Origin: a virus
Taxonomy: Duplodnaviria > Caudoviricetes
Length of the DNA: 38,726 bases
Virus record (IMG/VR): IMGVR_UViG_3300037310_000254
Location: 1-38,726 of that record
Direction: 5' to 3' (one strand)
A model generated the notes under the pieces. The model was given only the letters and a program-made list of their open reading frames with translations. It was not told the DNA's origin and did no database searches. The position numbers were made by a program, and so were the translations under genes. Positions 1 to 9,961 of the stretch are shown in pieces. Position 1 is the first letter of the stretch; every line of letters begins with the position of its first letter.

Positions 1-253
1 CAAGAAACTCAAGAAACTCGGTAGTAAAGGAGTTAATGGCATCAGAATTAGCTGAATCGACTGTAAAAACTCCATCTTGGTCTTCTTTCCCCCATTTCTT
101 TACAAGGGAAATTCGAATATTTTCAATCTCTTTTACTTCATTTTCAAGTTTCTTTTGAAGTCTAGCTACAGCATAAGCCGCTTTAATTGGTAATTTTTCT
201 CCCATGAGAACTTTAATTGCTTGCGCCCCATCAAAAATTTGTCGAGCTTTCAT
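1..253 (-). CDS. Hypothetical protein, DUF1617-like (3' end outside window)
   Basis: Not in ORF track; read manually: ATG at 253 directly after the upstream TAA, MKARQIFDGAQAIKVLMGEKLPIKAAYAVARLQKKLENE...LVKKWG, open to window edge. LPxKxAY and LxxK(Y/W)G resemble small proteins found next to phage tail fibres. Confidence 0.65.
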   Translation of the reverse strand, partial: MKARQIFDGAQAIKVLMGEKLPIKAAYAVARLQKKLENEVKEIENIRISLVKKWGKEDQDGVFTVDSANSDAINSFTTEFLEFL

Positions 254-517
254 TTAAGCATCCCCATCCACAGCAGTTACAAAACGAGAATCAGCAAGAA
301 TTGCATCTTCAATTCCTGCCAGACATAAAGGACGCCAAGGAGCGGAAATGTTAAAAGTTTCTAAAGGCTTTTTACCATTAACCCAAGCTGGACGATTTGC
401 CCAAATTCCAACTACAGCTTGTAATCCTTCATCAGGAGAACCCCAAAGTCTAATAACTCGAATATAAGCTTGAACAAGTGCTTGCCCTTCTACTTCAAGG
501 TCTAACTTAAGCGGCAT
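254..517 (-). CDS. Small tail-fibre-associated protein (possible chaperone)
   Basis: 87-aa ORF with AAGGAG RBS directly downstream of the tail fibre; function from position only. Confidence 0.55.
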   Translation of the reverse strand: MPLKLDLEVEGQALVQAYIRVIRLWGSPDEGLQAVVGIWANRPAWVNGKKPLETFNISAPWRPLCLAGIEDAILADSRFVTAVDGDA

Positions 518-526
518 GTTTTCTCC

Positions 527-3500
527 TTAGAAATCACTCAGACAGTATAAGCATGAAACTTCCACATTAACTGCAGAAGCTACAGCTCCATTCCTACATA
601 CTGCGTGCATTGCCATAAAAGTAGTTGAGGTCGGAAGATCAGTTGTATATTCAACATTGTCAAGAAGAACATTACCTGTAAATTCATTGACTATACGAAC
701 TGTAATTTTAGAATCACTGGGAGCGCAGTAAATATGAAGATCATAAAAGTGAGTTGTGTTGCGAGGACCATTAGCCCCAAGATCCACTTTAGTAGCAGTT
801 CCTGACCCATCATTTCGCATAAATTGCCAATTTCCACTAGAGGAATCAGCTGCATCATAACCCATTCCAATCATGTTAGTTAAAGCAGAAGGATCGCCAG
901 CTAGGGCAGCAGTAGCTTTAAGTCCTACAAACATCTGGCCACCATTTAGATTGATCTGTTGTCCAAATCTAGCAAAGAAGTAGAATCCTCCAAGGCCCGC
1001 TGCATTACCTCTCCAAATAGAGTTTTGAGTTTCTCTAACTCCAGTAGCAGTTCCTGCAGTAGTCGAAGATTGCCAACGAGTACGATAAATTTGAGTCCAT
1101 TTATCTGTGGATGCTGGAGTAGGATGAGAAACTGTTGAAGATGAAGTCCAAGCTGTACCTAATGCACCAGTTCCAGTTGTTCCTGTTGTCGGATAATACA
1201 TTCTAACTTTATTATTATAAATTCCAGGCTGGAGTGGGGAGTTTTGGCCCGACGAACTAATAAATGCTGGGAGAAGAAATCCAGCTTTATTAGTTCCAAA
1301 TAATTCTACAATTCCAGCACCAGGAGTAGAAGGTGTAGAACCTACGTTAATTTGAATTTGATCATAGTTTCCTTTTCCATTAACTGTAAGAATGTTACCA
1401 CTAGCATCCCATGTAAAATCTGCATCTCCAGCTAAAGCACTTCCATCATGATATTGAACTTGCGTTGCAGATCCACCTGGTGTAGGAGTATTAGTTGCAT
1501 TTGCCCAATTGGAACCATTGTAACGTAATACTTGTCCTATAGAAGGAGAAACCAAAGTTACATCAGTAATATCATCAATTGTAGCAAGGGTTGGAACAGC
1601 ATTCGCCCAATTAGAACCATTATAACGTAAAACATGATTCGTTGCTAACCCAACAAGAGCTACGTCATTCAGATTGTCTAATGCAATATTAAGAGTATCA
1701 GGCGTTGCATTTACCCAGTTAGATCCATTGTAACGAAGAATATGATGTAATGCTGGAGTAGAAATTACAACATCAGAAAGAGCGTCTAATGATCCACCTC
1801 CAGAAGGTTGAGCATACCAACCTTTAACTCCTGCACCATCAGTTCCATATAACATTGAATTTCCGGGTGAAGCTAAGTCATTAACAAGATTAAGTGTTCG
1901 AGTAGCTGTAAGGTCGCCGCCCCCTGTAATACTATGTTGAGTTGCAATTGATACAGTAGAATGATCAACCGTCTCATTAGCTGTTAAGTCTGAAATATCA
2001 GCCTGAGTTAAAGCTGCCCAAGAAGTATCAGTAGCATTAGACTTAAGAAAATGGCCATTATGCCCAGTCTGAGTTGGCAATAAAGCATTAAGAGCTGCAT
2101 TAGCTGTAGTTTGCCCTGTTCCTCCAGAACTAATTCCAAGTTGCGTAGTTAATGTTACTGCACCTGAGATGCGAGCTGTGCCAACTACATCTAACTTAAA
2201 TCCACCATCTGTTACAGTCCCAATAAGAACATTTTTAGAACTATTAACTACCAACGCATCTGTATTAACTACTAAAGCAGATTTACAAGTTACAGTATCA
2301 GTTCCCTCATCTGCAATGAAAACTGGCGTTGTTGCATTACCAAATCTAAGTTGAGTAAAAGCATTAGTATTTCTAACTAAATCTAAAACATCTCCACCTC
2401 CAGTTCCTGCATCATTCAATGCCTGAATTCGCAAAGTTCCTGTAGCATCGAACATACGAATTTGGGCGCGGTTAATATCGGCAGACCCAGTTACAGTTTG
2501 AATCTCAAGAGCAGCAACTGCATTAGTTGCGCGAATTAAATTTTGAGGTGAGACTCCATAAATTTCTACATTACCATTAACTTGAAGTCTAGGATCTAAT
2601 GTTGTTGGTGTTGCATTTCCCATTTGAACATTACCAGCAATGTAATTTCGTGCAGCTCCAATAAGATAAAGATTCCAGTTAATTGTGCCGTTGAGCGCAA
2701 TATTTGAGTAAATTCCTGAATTTCGAGTAGTTCCTACAAGTGTAGGATTAGGAATAGAAATACTACGACGCTCCCCAATTGTTCCAATTCCAGAATTAAG
2801 TCCCGCACCTAAAAATATATCCTGATATATTGTTATATTTTGAACATTGTTAGCCCCAATAATAGGAGATAGTTGATAACCAACCATAGAATCAATTGAC
2901 TCAACAGAGGCAACTAAACCTTCAAACGTAAATTGGTTAAGAGTATTTACAAAATTTTGAGTTGGATTAAGAGGTTCTGCATTCAACTTAAGTGTATTAT
3001 TATTATACCAACCATACAGAGTAACGTTTGGCGAAGTAACAGTAACCGTTGGTTGGATTGTAAAAATAGCTCCTTGGCCAGTAAGATTTAATGTCGGAGA
3101 TATTGTAGTCTGCCCAACAGCATTAACTGCAAGACAATTAACTCCAGAAATAGTAGATAACCCAATTATACCCGATGCACCGTTAATTCCTACAGTACCT
3201 CCAAAATTAATTCCTGGTGCAGAGTTAGTTCCTGGTAAAACTCCTAATGAACCGTCAACTTGAAGTAAGTTAATTCCATCATCTGTAGTTTTTCCAATAA
3301 GAATTTTTCCCTCATGATAACTTGAAGCATTTCCCGAAGAATATAAAAACCATACACTTGTACCTGTAGAAGTAAGTGTTGATTGAATTGCACGAGTAGT
3401 TACAGATCCTTTGAGCAATTCAGGAATATTAATTCCAACTACATTATCAATTGTACCTGCGCTATTATTAGTTCCAGCTGTCAATGCAATAAATGCCATG

Positions 3501-5035
3501 GTTGAAAAATTATTTACGTTTGATGCGGCAATCGTATACGAAAGTTGTAAATTTTGAGTTGAAATTTTATTCGCAGAAGATACAGTTGAGGCATAAGTAT
3601 AAATACATTGTAAATTTACATAAGCTTGCCCTGCTGCAGGCGCTACATTAAGATTATGAGTTGGCTGAAATAACCAAGAATATGTTGCTGTTTGCGCTGC
3701 AGAATTTACATTTATTGTGGGGTTAAATTGAAATGCTTGTCCAAAACTACTAGTTGTAATTGTTCCACCAAATCTTGTGCCGCCTCCAAATTGTAAATCT
3801 GTCGAACCATCATCTGTAATTGCATGAGTCAAAATCCGTCCAGAACCATTGACAAGAAATTTATCTACCGTAGAAATAACTACCCGAAATGGCGTAACAT
3901 CTGCATCTTCAGATTCAATATGAACTAAATCAGTGCCAGCCCCAGGATTTCCTGTATGCTGATGAATGTGTAAAAGATCTCCAGTAAAGGCACCGGTAGC
4001 TTCAAGTTCTAAACCAATCGAAGTCGGGGCGACCCAAAGAAAAGATAGTGTATTGTCCCCCATGTTGAAAGATTTAGATGCAGTGGGGCTAATAATTTGG
4101 TTGAGAGTCAATGGCAGATCTACCCAATTAGCACCATCAAATTGAAGAACATCATTAGTAGCCGCAGCAGTTATAATGACGTCAGTTAAATCATTGAGCG
4201 CCCCACCTCCGCCCCCAGTTAAATCTGTATCATTTATCCAATTGGTTCCATTATACTTAAGAACTTGCCCATTAGAAGGAGTTGTAATAATTACATCAGA
4301 AAGATCATTGAGTGTGTGAGTATGACTAGCTAAAGCATAAAAAGCACTAGAATTTCCATCAAGTAAATCCGCATCAATCCCAGATCCAGAACCGTCAACT
4401 GTGAGAAGTTTAGCTAATACATCTGCAGCTGTATAAGAAGCAGAATTAAGTTTAGCATCTAAAGCTGTTTGAAGATCAGTTTGAGAGGATAATGTACCAG
4501 TAATTCCTCCCCAAACTGCAGAACTTCCAGTTGGTTGATCATACCAACCTCTAACACCAGTTCCATCTGTACCATAAAGTTTCAAATTTCCGGGGGATGC
4601 TACATCATTAACAAGATTTAAGGTTCTAGTTGCCGCAATTGTTCCTCCGCCAGTAAGACTGTGTTGAGTTAAAATAGAAATAGATGTGTGATCTAAAGTT
4701 TCATTAGCTGTAAGATCCGTTATTTCAGATTGGAGATGAGTGTGGGCGGAGGGAGTAAATGTGGCCGGCACCCCAGTAAAGTTTGCCCAAGCTAAATAGT
4801 AACTCCCATTCTGCCCATCAAGAAGATCTGAATCGAGAAGAGATCCTGTACCATCTACAGTTAACAACTTAGCTAAAACATCAGCTGCAGTATAAGCTGT
4901 GGAAGCTAATTTTGCATCAAGAGCTGATTGTAAATCAAGTTGAGTACTTAAAGTCCCAGTAATTCCTCCCCAAACTGCATTTACTGATCCAGTGTTAATT
5001 GTTATTTCTTGAGAAGTTAAAGGAATGGCAAACAT
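527..5035 (-). CDS. Long tail fibre / receptor-binding protein
   Basis: 1502 aa, G/T/S/N-rich. Fibre-type repeats (DADLLDG, LxDLxDV...LxYNGxNW, GGTGQTTA, QVQYxDG) and a beta-rich C-terminal domain. Confidence 0.85.
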   Translation of the reverse strand: MFAIPLTSQEITINTGSVNAVWGGITGTLSTQLDLQSALDAKLASTAYTAADVLAKLLTVDGTGSLLDSDLLDGQNGSYYLAWANFTGVPATFTPSAHTHLQSEITDLTANETLDHTSISILTQHSLTGGGTIAATRTLNLVNDVASPGNLKLYGTDGTGVRGWYDQPTGSSAVWGGITGTLSSQTDLQTALDAKLNSASYTAADVLAKLLTVDGSGSGIDADLLDGNSSAFYALASHTHTLNDLSDVIITTPSNGQVLKYNGTNWINDTDLTGGGGGALNDLTDVIITAAATNDVLQFDGANWVDLPLTLNQIISPTASKSFNMGDNTLSFLWVAPTSIGLELEATGAFTGDLLHIHQHTGNPGAGTDLVHIESEDADVTPFRVVISTVDKFLVNGSGRILTHAITDDGSTDLQFGGGTRFGGTITTSSFGQAFQFNPTINVNSAAQTATYSWLFQPTHNLNVAPAAGQAYVNLQCIYTYASTVSSANKISTQNLQLSYTIAASNVNNFSTMAFIALTAGTNNSAGTIDNVVGINIPELLKGSVTTRAIQSTLTSTGTSVWFLYSSGNASSYHEGKILIGKTTDDGINLLQVDGSLGVLPGTNSAPGINFGGTVGINGASGIIGLSTISGVNCLAVNAVGQTTISPTLNLTGQGAIFTIQPTVTVTSPNVTLYGWYNNNTLKLNAEPLNPTQNFVNTLNQFTFEGLVASVESIDSMVGYQLSPIIGANNVQNITIYQDIFLGAGLNSGIGTIGERRSISIPNPTLVGTTRNSGIYSNIALNGTINWNLYLIGAARNYIAGNVQMGNATPTTLDPRLQVNGNVEIYGVSPQNLIRATNAVAALEIQTVTGSADINRAQIRMFDATGTLRIQALNDAGTGGGDVLDLVRNTNAFTQLRFGNATTPVFIADEGTDTVTCKSALVVNTDALVVNSSKNVLIGTVTDGGFKLDVVGTARISGAVTLTTQLGISSGGTGQTTANAALNALLPTQTGHNGHFLKSNATDTSWAALTQADISDLTANETVDHSTVSIATQHSITGGGDLTATRTLNLVNDLASPGNSMLYGTDGAGVKGWYAQPSGGGSLDALSDVVISTPALHHILRYNGSNWVNATPDTLNIALDNLNDVALVGLATNHVLRYNGSNWANAVPTLATIDDITDVTLVSPSIGQVLRYNGSNWANATNTPTPGGSATQVQYHDGSALAGDADFTWDASGNILTVNGKGNYDQIQINVGSTPSTPGAGIVELFGTNKAGFLLPAFISSSGQNSPLQPGIYNNKVRMYYPTTGTTGTGALGTAWTSSSTVSHPTPASTDKWTQIYRTRWQSSTTAGTATGVRETQNSIWRGNAAGLGGFYFFARFGQQINLNGGQMFVGLKATAALAGDPSALTNMIGMGYDAADSSSGNWQFMRNDGSGTATKVDLGANGPRNTTHFYDLHIYCAPSDSKITVRIVNEFTGNVLLDNVEYTTDLPTSTTFMAMHAVCRNGAVASAVNVEVSCLYCLSDF
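1505..4980 (-). repeat. Internal coding repeats of the tail fibre (four repeat families)
   Basis: AVWGGITGTLS..DLLDG x2 (~4790-4980, ~4335-4520); DLTANET..GWYxQP x2 (~4535-4730, ~1805-2000); LxDLxDV..YNGxNW x5 (~4120-4310, ~1505-1790); a diverged ~170-aa module x2 (~3255-3745, ~2575-3080). Confidence 0.85.
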
Positions 5036-5610
5036 TAGTAGATTGCTCCAATAGCTAAATCATTTTTAGCAATAATAAATGCTTCATCTGCTTTAGTCTT
5101 AGCTTTATTCGCCTCATCTTTTTCTCCAATGGAATCAAAAATTTCAGATATAGCTCGATATCGAATTATATGTGGAATCGTATCCAGCATCCAACTTGTA
5201 TCGGAAGTCTGTGTATATCGCGCTGGATAAGAATAGTAGCCGTAATCAAGAGATGAGGAAAGAGTACGAAGTTTGAAATAAATATAGTCTCCTGAACGAT
5301 ACCATTTATCTAATTGTTCACATCCCTTATCAGTAATTACCTTAAGTGGATCAACTGGAGCAAGAGGTTTAGCTCCGGGAGGACGAAGATAAAGAAGTTT
5401 TCTAAATCGTGGAAAATTTACAGAAATTTGAAGATTTTGTGCAAACTCAGTAGCATTAATTGCAATATTACCTTCTACTAAATCTGCAGCAAAAGAGGCA
5501 GCTAATGTATAATGAAGAATTGCATCGTTAATTGCAATCTTAATTTCGCTCAATTTATCTGGGCGTTTGGTTAAGAGTGCAATATCTTGTTGCATTTCCC
5601 CAAAATTCAT
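5035..5610 (-). CDS. Putative head-tail adaptor / tail tubular protein
   Basis: 191 aa with GAGG RBS. MNFGEMQQDI..RPD N-terminus and SWMLxxxPxxIxY C-terminus resemble podophage adaptors; lies downstream of the capsid gene. Confidence 0.6.
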   Translation of the reverse strand: MNFGEMQQDIALLTKRPDKLSEIKIAINDAILHYTLAASFAADLVEGNIAINATEFAQNLQISVNFPRFRKLLYLRPPGAKPLAPVDPLKVITDKGCEQLDKWYRSGDYIYFKLRTLSSSLDYGYYSYPARYTQTSDTSWMLDTIPHIIRYRAISEIFDSIGEKDEANKAKTKADEAFIIAKNDLAIGAIY

Positions 5611-5628
5611 TTTGCTACCTCTTTTCTG

Positions 5629-5886
5629 TTAATCTGAAATGGAATTAGCTTTTGTAAATTCTTCTTCTGAAAGCTCTCTAACATAACCTCGGGCCGCCAA
5701 CTTTTTAGCTTCCTCGATTTCTTCGGGGTCGGAAGTTACCAAATTGTAGTTTTCAAATTTGAGTTTCTTTTCTAAGTGGCGCCCATACATTTTAGCTAAA
5801 AAAGGTTTGTAAGATCTAAAAAACAATCTTAAAACTGCAGGAGCCACAGATTTCGTAGCTCCTGCAAGAATGTCAGCCAGCGGCAC
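5629..5886 (-). CDS. Hypothetical virion-associated protein
   Basis: 85-aa ORF filling the gap after the capsid gene; GTG start overlaps the capsid 3' end, weak RBS. Confidence 0.6.
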   Translation of the reverse strand: MPLADILAGATKSVAPAVLRLFFRSYKPFLAKMYGRHLEKKLKFENYNLVTSDPEEIEEAKKLAARGYVRELSEEEFTKANSISD

Positions 5887-7075
5887 CGGCAGTTAATCCA
5901 TAAACAATAGCACAACCAGCAGGATTCAGAAGTTCAACAGCAAATTCAGTAGTAAGAGATCCGCCTTGAGCATCTTGGCCATTGGCATTGTTTTTGCCAG
6001 TACCACCGTACTCTTCCGGGCGAGTATCTCTTCCATCCATATAAGCTAACTTTAATGCAGGCATATCAACGCAAACTGCCATATTGCTCATACCCGATAA
6101 ACCATTCAATGCAGGATGTTCAACAAGATAAAGCGTCCCTTTGTAGAAAGTGAAAGTCGAAAACTTAAATCCAAAGTTGGTTTGTCCATTCATTAAATTA
6201 ACTTGGCCATTCAATCTGGCAATCTGGTTAAATACTTTCATTCCAACCTCTCCAGTATAAACCATACGAGACTTAGTATCTCCAAGATCATGAGAGAATG
6301 TAAATGCAGGAGCAAATAATGCTTCAAGTTCAGTTAAAGAAGTGGCAGCATCTGCAGTGTTTGTATTGTTAGGTGCATACTGTTCAACTGCATCAATAAT
6401 ACCTTGCGTTGCATGAATAGGAGTAGCGCCAGTGGTATCCATCTTAGGCTGACCAAATAAAAGTGCAGACTCAATATCTACGGAATGGAGTAACATGCAA
6501 TCTTTCTTATTTTCTGCAAGGTTTTCAAACCCCATCTCAGTATAAGAAGCACGTGCAGTGTCAGTTACAGCCCAAGCATTACGGAAGATTTGAGTATAAT
6601 TAGGAACATAAACAGTAGTCAATCCGCGGTTAACTGGACGAGAAGAACCTTCTTCAAAAGCAGTTCCAATAACGAGAAGAACTTGAGAAGTTGCAATATC
6701 GGCAGCAACAACTCGACCAAATGCACGGGTAACCGTAATGTGAGTTGCATCAGGAATAGCAGTAACTCGCATATTTTCACGAGTAACAGGATTGAAAAGA
6801 ACCATACCAACTAAAGCGCCAACAGAAGATGCAACAAGCAAGTTAGTAGTAGCAGCTAAGTTACCTGCACCAGAAGTAAAAGATTGGAAAGTAAGAGTTT
6901 TTGTGAAATATCCATGAGTGGAGGATTTTGCAGAAGAGCGCCCAGTTTGAGAAGTTAATGCAAAAATGGGAGCCGAACCATCAGGAAATAAACGGAGTAA
7001 AGTAGCAGCAAAAGAACGTTTGTTAAGTTCAGGAGGATTGGCCTCTGTGGAAAAGATGCCAGAATAAAATCCCAT
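5873..7075 (-). CDS. Major capsid protein (SU10/DUF5309-like)
   Basis: 400 aa with AAGGAG RBS; NYTQIFR, DIExALLFG, TxGII and LTTEFAVEL motifs; follows portal and scaffold. Confidence 0.88.
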   Translation of the reverse strand: MGFYSGIFSTEANPPELNKRSFAATLLRLFPDGSAPIFALTSQTGRSSAKSSTHGYFTKTLTFQSFTSGAGNLAATTNLLVASSVGALVGMVLFNPVTRENMRVTAIPDATHITVTRAFGRVVAADIATSQVLLVIGTAFEEGSSRPVNRGLTTVYVPNYTQIFRNAWAVTDTARASYTEMGFENLAENKKDCMLLHSVDIESALLFGQPKMDTTGATPIHATQGIIDAVEQYAPNNTNTADAATSLTELEALFAPAFTFSHDLGDTKSRMVYTGEVGMKVFNQIARLNGQVNLMNGQTNFGFKFSTFTFYKGTLYLVEHPALNGLSGMSNMAVCVDMPALKLAYMDGRDTRPEEYGGTGKNNANGQDAQGGSLTTEFAVELLNPAGCAIVYGLTAGAAG

Positions 7076-7087
7076 GCGGTTGACTCC

Positions 7088-7813
7088 TTAAGATTGGTTA
7101 GCGTTTTGTCCAGATAAAAGCCAATTTCCCCAATCAACTTCCGTAGAATTTTGTGGATTTTGTTGCTTAGAGGCGTTAAATTCCTCCGGCGCTAACTGCT
7201 TTGCCATTTCCACAAAAAACTTTGGAGCTTGTTCGCTAATCCATTCCGGAGTTGCATCAGGAAAAGCTTCCTTCATCATCCCCGAAATCATTTGTAATCC
7301 TTGTTTGGTAACAGGATTTGTATTAGCAAACTTCGATTGAAGAGTGTTCTGGACAAGGTGAGATTTGACATTATCGCCAAGATTTTGTTGGTCAAAATTC
7401 GACCTTAATCCTACAAATTTATCAGTTAAAGCTGACATATGTGAAATTGAAGCTTGATAAGCTTGGCGTCCCATGAGATTCATGACAGCCATTAAAGCTT
7501 CGCCATCCTCTCCTTGGAAACGAGCACGTAATTCAGGAGGAAGTTTAGAAGTGAAATCTATAGATCCCGCAGCTTTTTCAATTAAAGCAGGATCAAGTTG
7601 AAATGCAGGAGGATCTGCTTGCTTTTTGGAAGGATCTTGAGGTTTAAATAAATCAGCATAAGCATCCATTGGGTTTTGTTGAACAGTTGGAGTATTTCCA
7701 GTTCCTTGTTGGACTTGGTCTTTTTGCCCAGGAACATTTCCAACTGCATGCTGTTGCGATTGTTGCTGTTGTCCGCCACTAAACATCTGACGAACTTGAT
7801 CTGCAAACCCCAT
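7088..7813 (-). CDS. Putative capsid scaffolding protein
   Basis: 241 aa, Q/P-rich disordered N-terminus and helical body, directly upstream of the capsid gene; AAGGAG RBS. Confidence 0.65.
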   Translation of the reverse strand: MGFADQVRQMFSGGQQQQSQQHAVGNVPGQKDQVQQGTGNTPTVQQNPMDAYADLFKPQDPSKKQADPPAFQLDPALIEKAAGSIDFTSKLPPELRARFQGEDGEALMAVMNLMGRQAYQASISHMSALTDKFVGLRSNFDQQNLGDNVKSHLVQNTLQSKFANTNPVTKQGLQMISGMMKEAFPDATPEWISEQAPKFFVEMAKQLAPEEFNASKQQNPQNSTEVDWGNWLLSGQNANQS

Positions 7814-7814
7814 G

Positions 7815-8090
7815 TTAAATCTCCTTCATAGGAGTTAAGTTGGAAAGAATTGTATCAACGACGGAGATAACTCCCTTATTAAAACTCATCCGGGCAATCA
7901 TCGCGTTGACATTTTGTGTTGCTTCAATTGCAGGAGAAAGAGATTCTTCTACCATAGAATTAAAGGCTACAAGATTGAGATATTTAATAACTGCAGGATG
8001 CGAGAGCGACTGATTTACAATATCAGTTTCAGTTTGAGTTAGTTCAGGAAGATTACGAAAAAAATTGGGGTGACTAAACTGGAGCTGCAC
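7815..8090 (-). CDS. Hypothetical protein between portal and scaffold
   Basis: 91 aa, GTG start with GGAGGAG RBS inside the portal 3' end. Confidence 0.7.
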   Translation of the reverse strand: MQLQFSHPNFFRNLPELTQTETDIVNQSLSHPAVIKYLNLVAFNSMVEESLSPAIEATQNVNAMIARMSFNKGVISVVDTILSNLTPMKEI

Positions 8091-9945
8091 CAGGAATCTC
8101 CTCCGTAGGTTTAGTTTCAGGTAAATATTCGTCTAAACCTTGTACTCCACCTAACTGCATTAAATGTGCAAACATATTAGGAAGCGCGGCTCCCCAAGCT
8201 TGTTGCAGAATAGGAGAATTTCCAAGTAAAGTCATTCCATTTACTAAGAAATCAGTGGAAGCCAATTTCGATTTTGGAGTATAGCCATCGGCAATCTTAA
8301 ATTTAAGATTTGCAGAAATAAGAGCTTGAAAATCTTGAGATGTAAGTTCATAAGGCTCCCCAGATTTCATAGATTGATAAATTCCAGTTTGTCCATGTTG
8401 AAGAATGTTAAGTTTAATATTCTCTTTGAGAGGAATCATTGTCTGAAATTCAATGGTAAGTGCAGGAAGTCTAAGTCTATTATCTGAGCTATCGAGAGTC
8501 CGTTGAACTTCAAAAACATTCTTGTTACCTTTTTGGAATTCGCCTCGCTGCATTCGATTTAATCCGATAGAACGATCAGCGAATTCCCAAACAGTACCAA
8601 CATCTTGAATTGCTAATTCAGTTCCTCTTGGGTCAAAAGGAATTTGTTTATAAACTGAATCAATAGTCTTACCTCCAAGTAATGCATTTTGTTTAAGAGG
8701 GATCTTAGCTGCGGGGGCGGGAGAATTAATATCACTCGAATTAATACTCATAGGATCATAAACTGCTCTATCAACTACAGCTCGACGAGCAGCATTAAAT
8801 CGAATCGAAAATAGTGTTGAAGCCGCATCTTGGTAGTCAATTACATTTTCTGCTGGAGATTTAGTTTGAAGTGCAAATCCATCTTCAAGAGGTTGTCCAA
8901 TATGTAATGGAAGTTGGTCATAGGCAGTGATAATTCGCTTGGCATAAACAAGGGTGCGCCCATTTACAACGATGAGTTTCCAAATCTGAGGTGTTCCATC
9001 TTGAGGAACTTTCATATCGTGTTCTTGAGGAATGATTCGAGCATAAATAGTTGCATATTCGTAAAGTTTTGAGTAGTCTCCTCTATGCTTACGATCTTTT
9101 TTCGAATTAAGCCAGTTTTCCCAATCTGTTCCAGCATTTCGAATAGAAGGACTACTAAGAAGGTCAGAGATTTGAGGAGGTTCATTGTACCAATTCATTC
9201 CAGTACCAATGGCATTAACTACAGAAGGATTAGTCATTGCAGTAACTAAATTATAACCTCCCTCTCTTTCATAACGCAAAAGTCTACGTTTATGTTCAAT
9301 TCGAGAAACCATTTCAATGTAACCTGCAAATTCTCCACAATAAGGAACGAAAGCTGGAGCAACTGTTTGATCCCAGATCAGATTATAAGGGTCGAGCCTG
9401 GTAAGTTTATTCACATAACGTCCGGCTGGTTTTATGTCGGGGCGCGCAGTTGGAGTTGTTAATGTTGTAGCAAGAGAATATTGATCAATTGGAGCCCAAT
9501 CATGTTCTAATCCATAAAGATTGTATTTAATTCCATCGCGAAATGCCATTAAGAAATGTCTAGCATAACCTGAAAGGATAGAATCTTCATCTATAATTGC
9601 TTCTAGTTTTTCTGCTTGGGCGCGAAGTGCAGGAGTTGTCACAACAGGAAACATTGGATATCCAGAAAGATAGACATCAGCTAAGTATCCAACAAAGCTA
9701 TCTACTTCAGATACAACAATTGGAACTGAAATCTCCTGGTCAGTAGCTCCACATTGGGTATCTGCATATGCATAATTATCAACTCCATCAGTAAGAGGTG
9801 CCATGTTATACCGAGTGTAGGCAGCATCAATAATTTCCATTTTAGTTCTGAATTCTTGAAATTTAGGAATAGTTTTACAACAAGAATCAACATAAGCAAC
9901 TAAACTCTTTTGTGCATTTTGATGCAAGCGTAATGGATTTGCCAC
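8074..9945 (-). CDS. Portal protein
   Basis: 623 aa directly after TerL, GTG start with AAGGAG RBS; podophage portal-like features (LDPYNLIWD, GEFQKGNK). Confidence 0.82.
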   Translation of the reverse strand: MANPLRLHQNAQKSLVAYVDSCCKTIPKFQEFRTKMEIIDAAYTRYNMAPLTDGVDNYAYADTQCGATDQEISVPIVVSEVDSFVGYLADVYLSGYPMFPVVTTPALRAQAEKLEAIIDEDSILSGYARHFLMAFRDGIKYNLYGLEHDWAPIDQYSLATTLTTPTARPDIKPAGRYVNKLTRLDPYNLIWDQTVAPAFVPYCGEFAGYIEMVSRIEHKRRLLRYEREGGYNLVTAMTNPSVVNAIGTGMNWYNEPPQISDLLSSPSIRNAGTDWENWLNSKKDRKHRGDYSKLYEYATIYARIIPQEHDMKVPQDGTPQIWKLIVVNGRTLVYAKRIITAYDQLPLHIGQPLEDGFALQTKSPAENVIDYQDAASTLFSIRFNAARRAVVDRAVYDPMSINSSDINSPAPAAKIPLKQNALLGGKTIDSVYKQIPFDPRGTELAIQDVGTVWEFADRSIGLNRMQRGEFQKGNKNVFEVQRTLDSSDNRLRLPALTIEFQTMIPLKENIKLNILQHGQTGIYQSMKSGEPYELTSQDFQALISANLKFKIADGYTPKSKLASTDFLVNGMTLLGNSPILQQAWGAALPNMFAHLMQLGGVQGLDEYLPETKPTEEIPGAAPV

Positions 9946-9961
9946 CTTCGGTTGCTCCTTA

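Noticed and set aside
1-19. Tandem CAAGAAACT repeat at the window start
   Set aside because: It encodes EFLEFL in the minus-strand ORF; too short to be an array or terminus.
1505-4980. Tail fibre repeats as a diversity-generating retroelement TR/VR pair
   Set aside because: No reverse transcriptase in the window; both copies are in-frame coding, and the differences are not adenine-specific.
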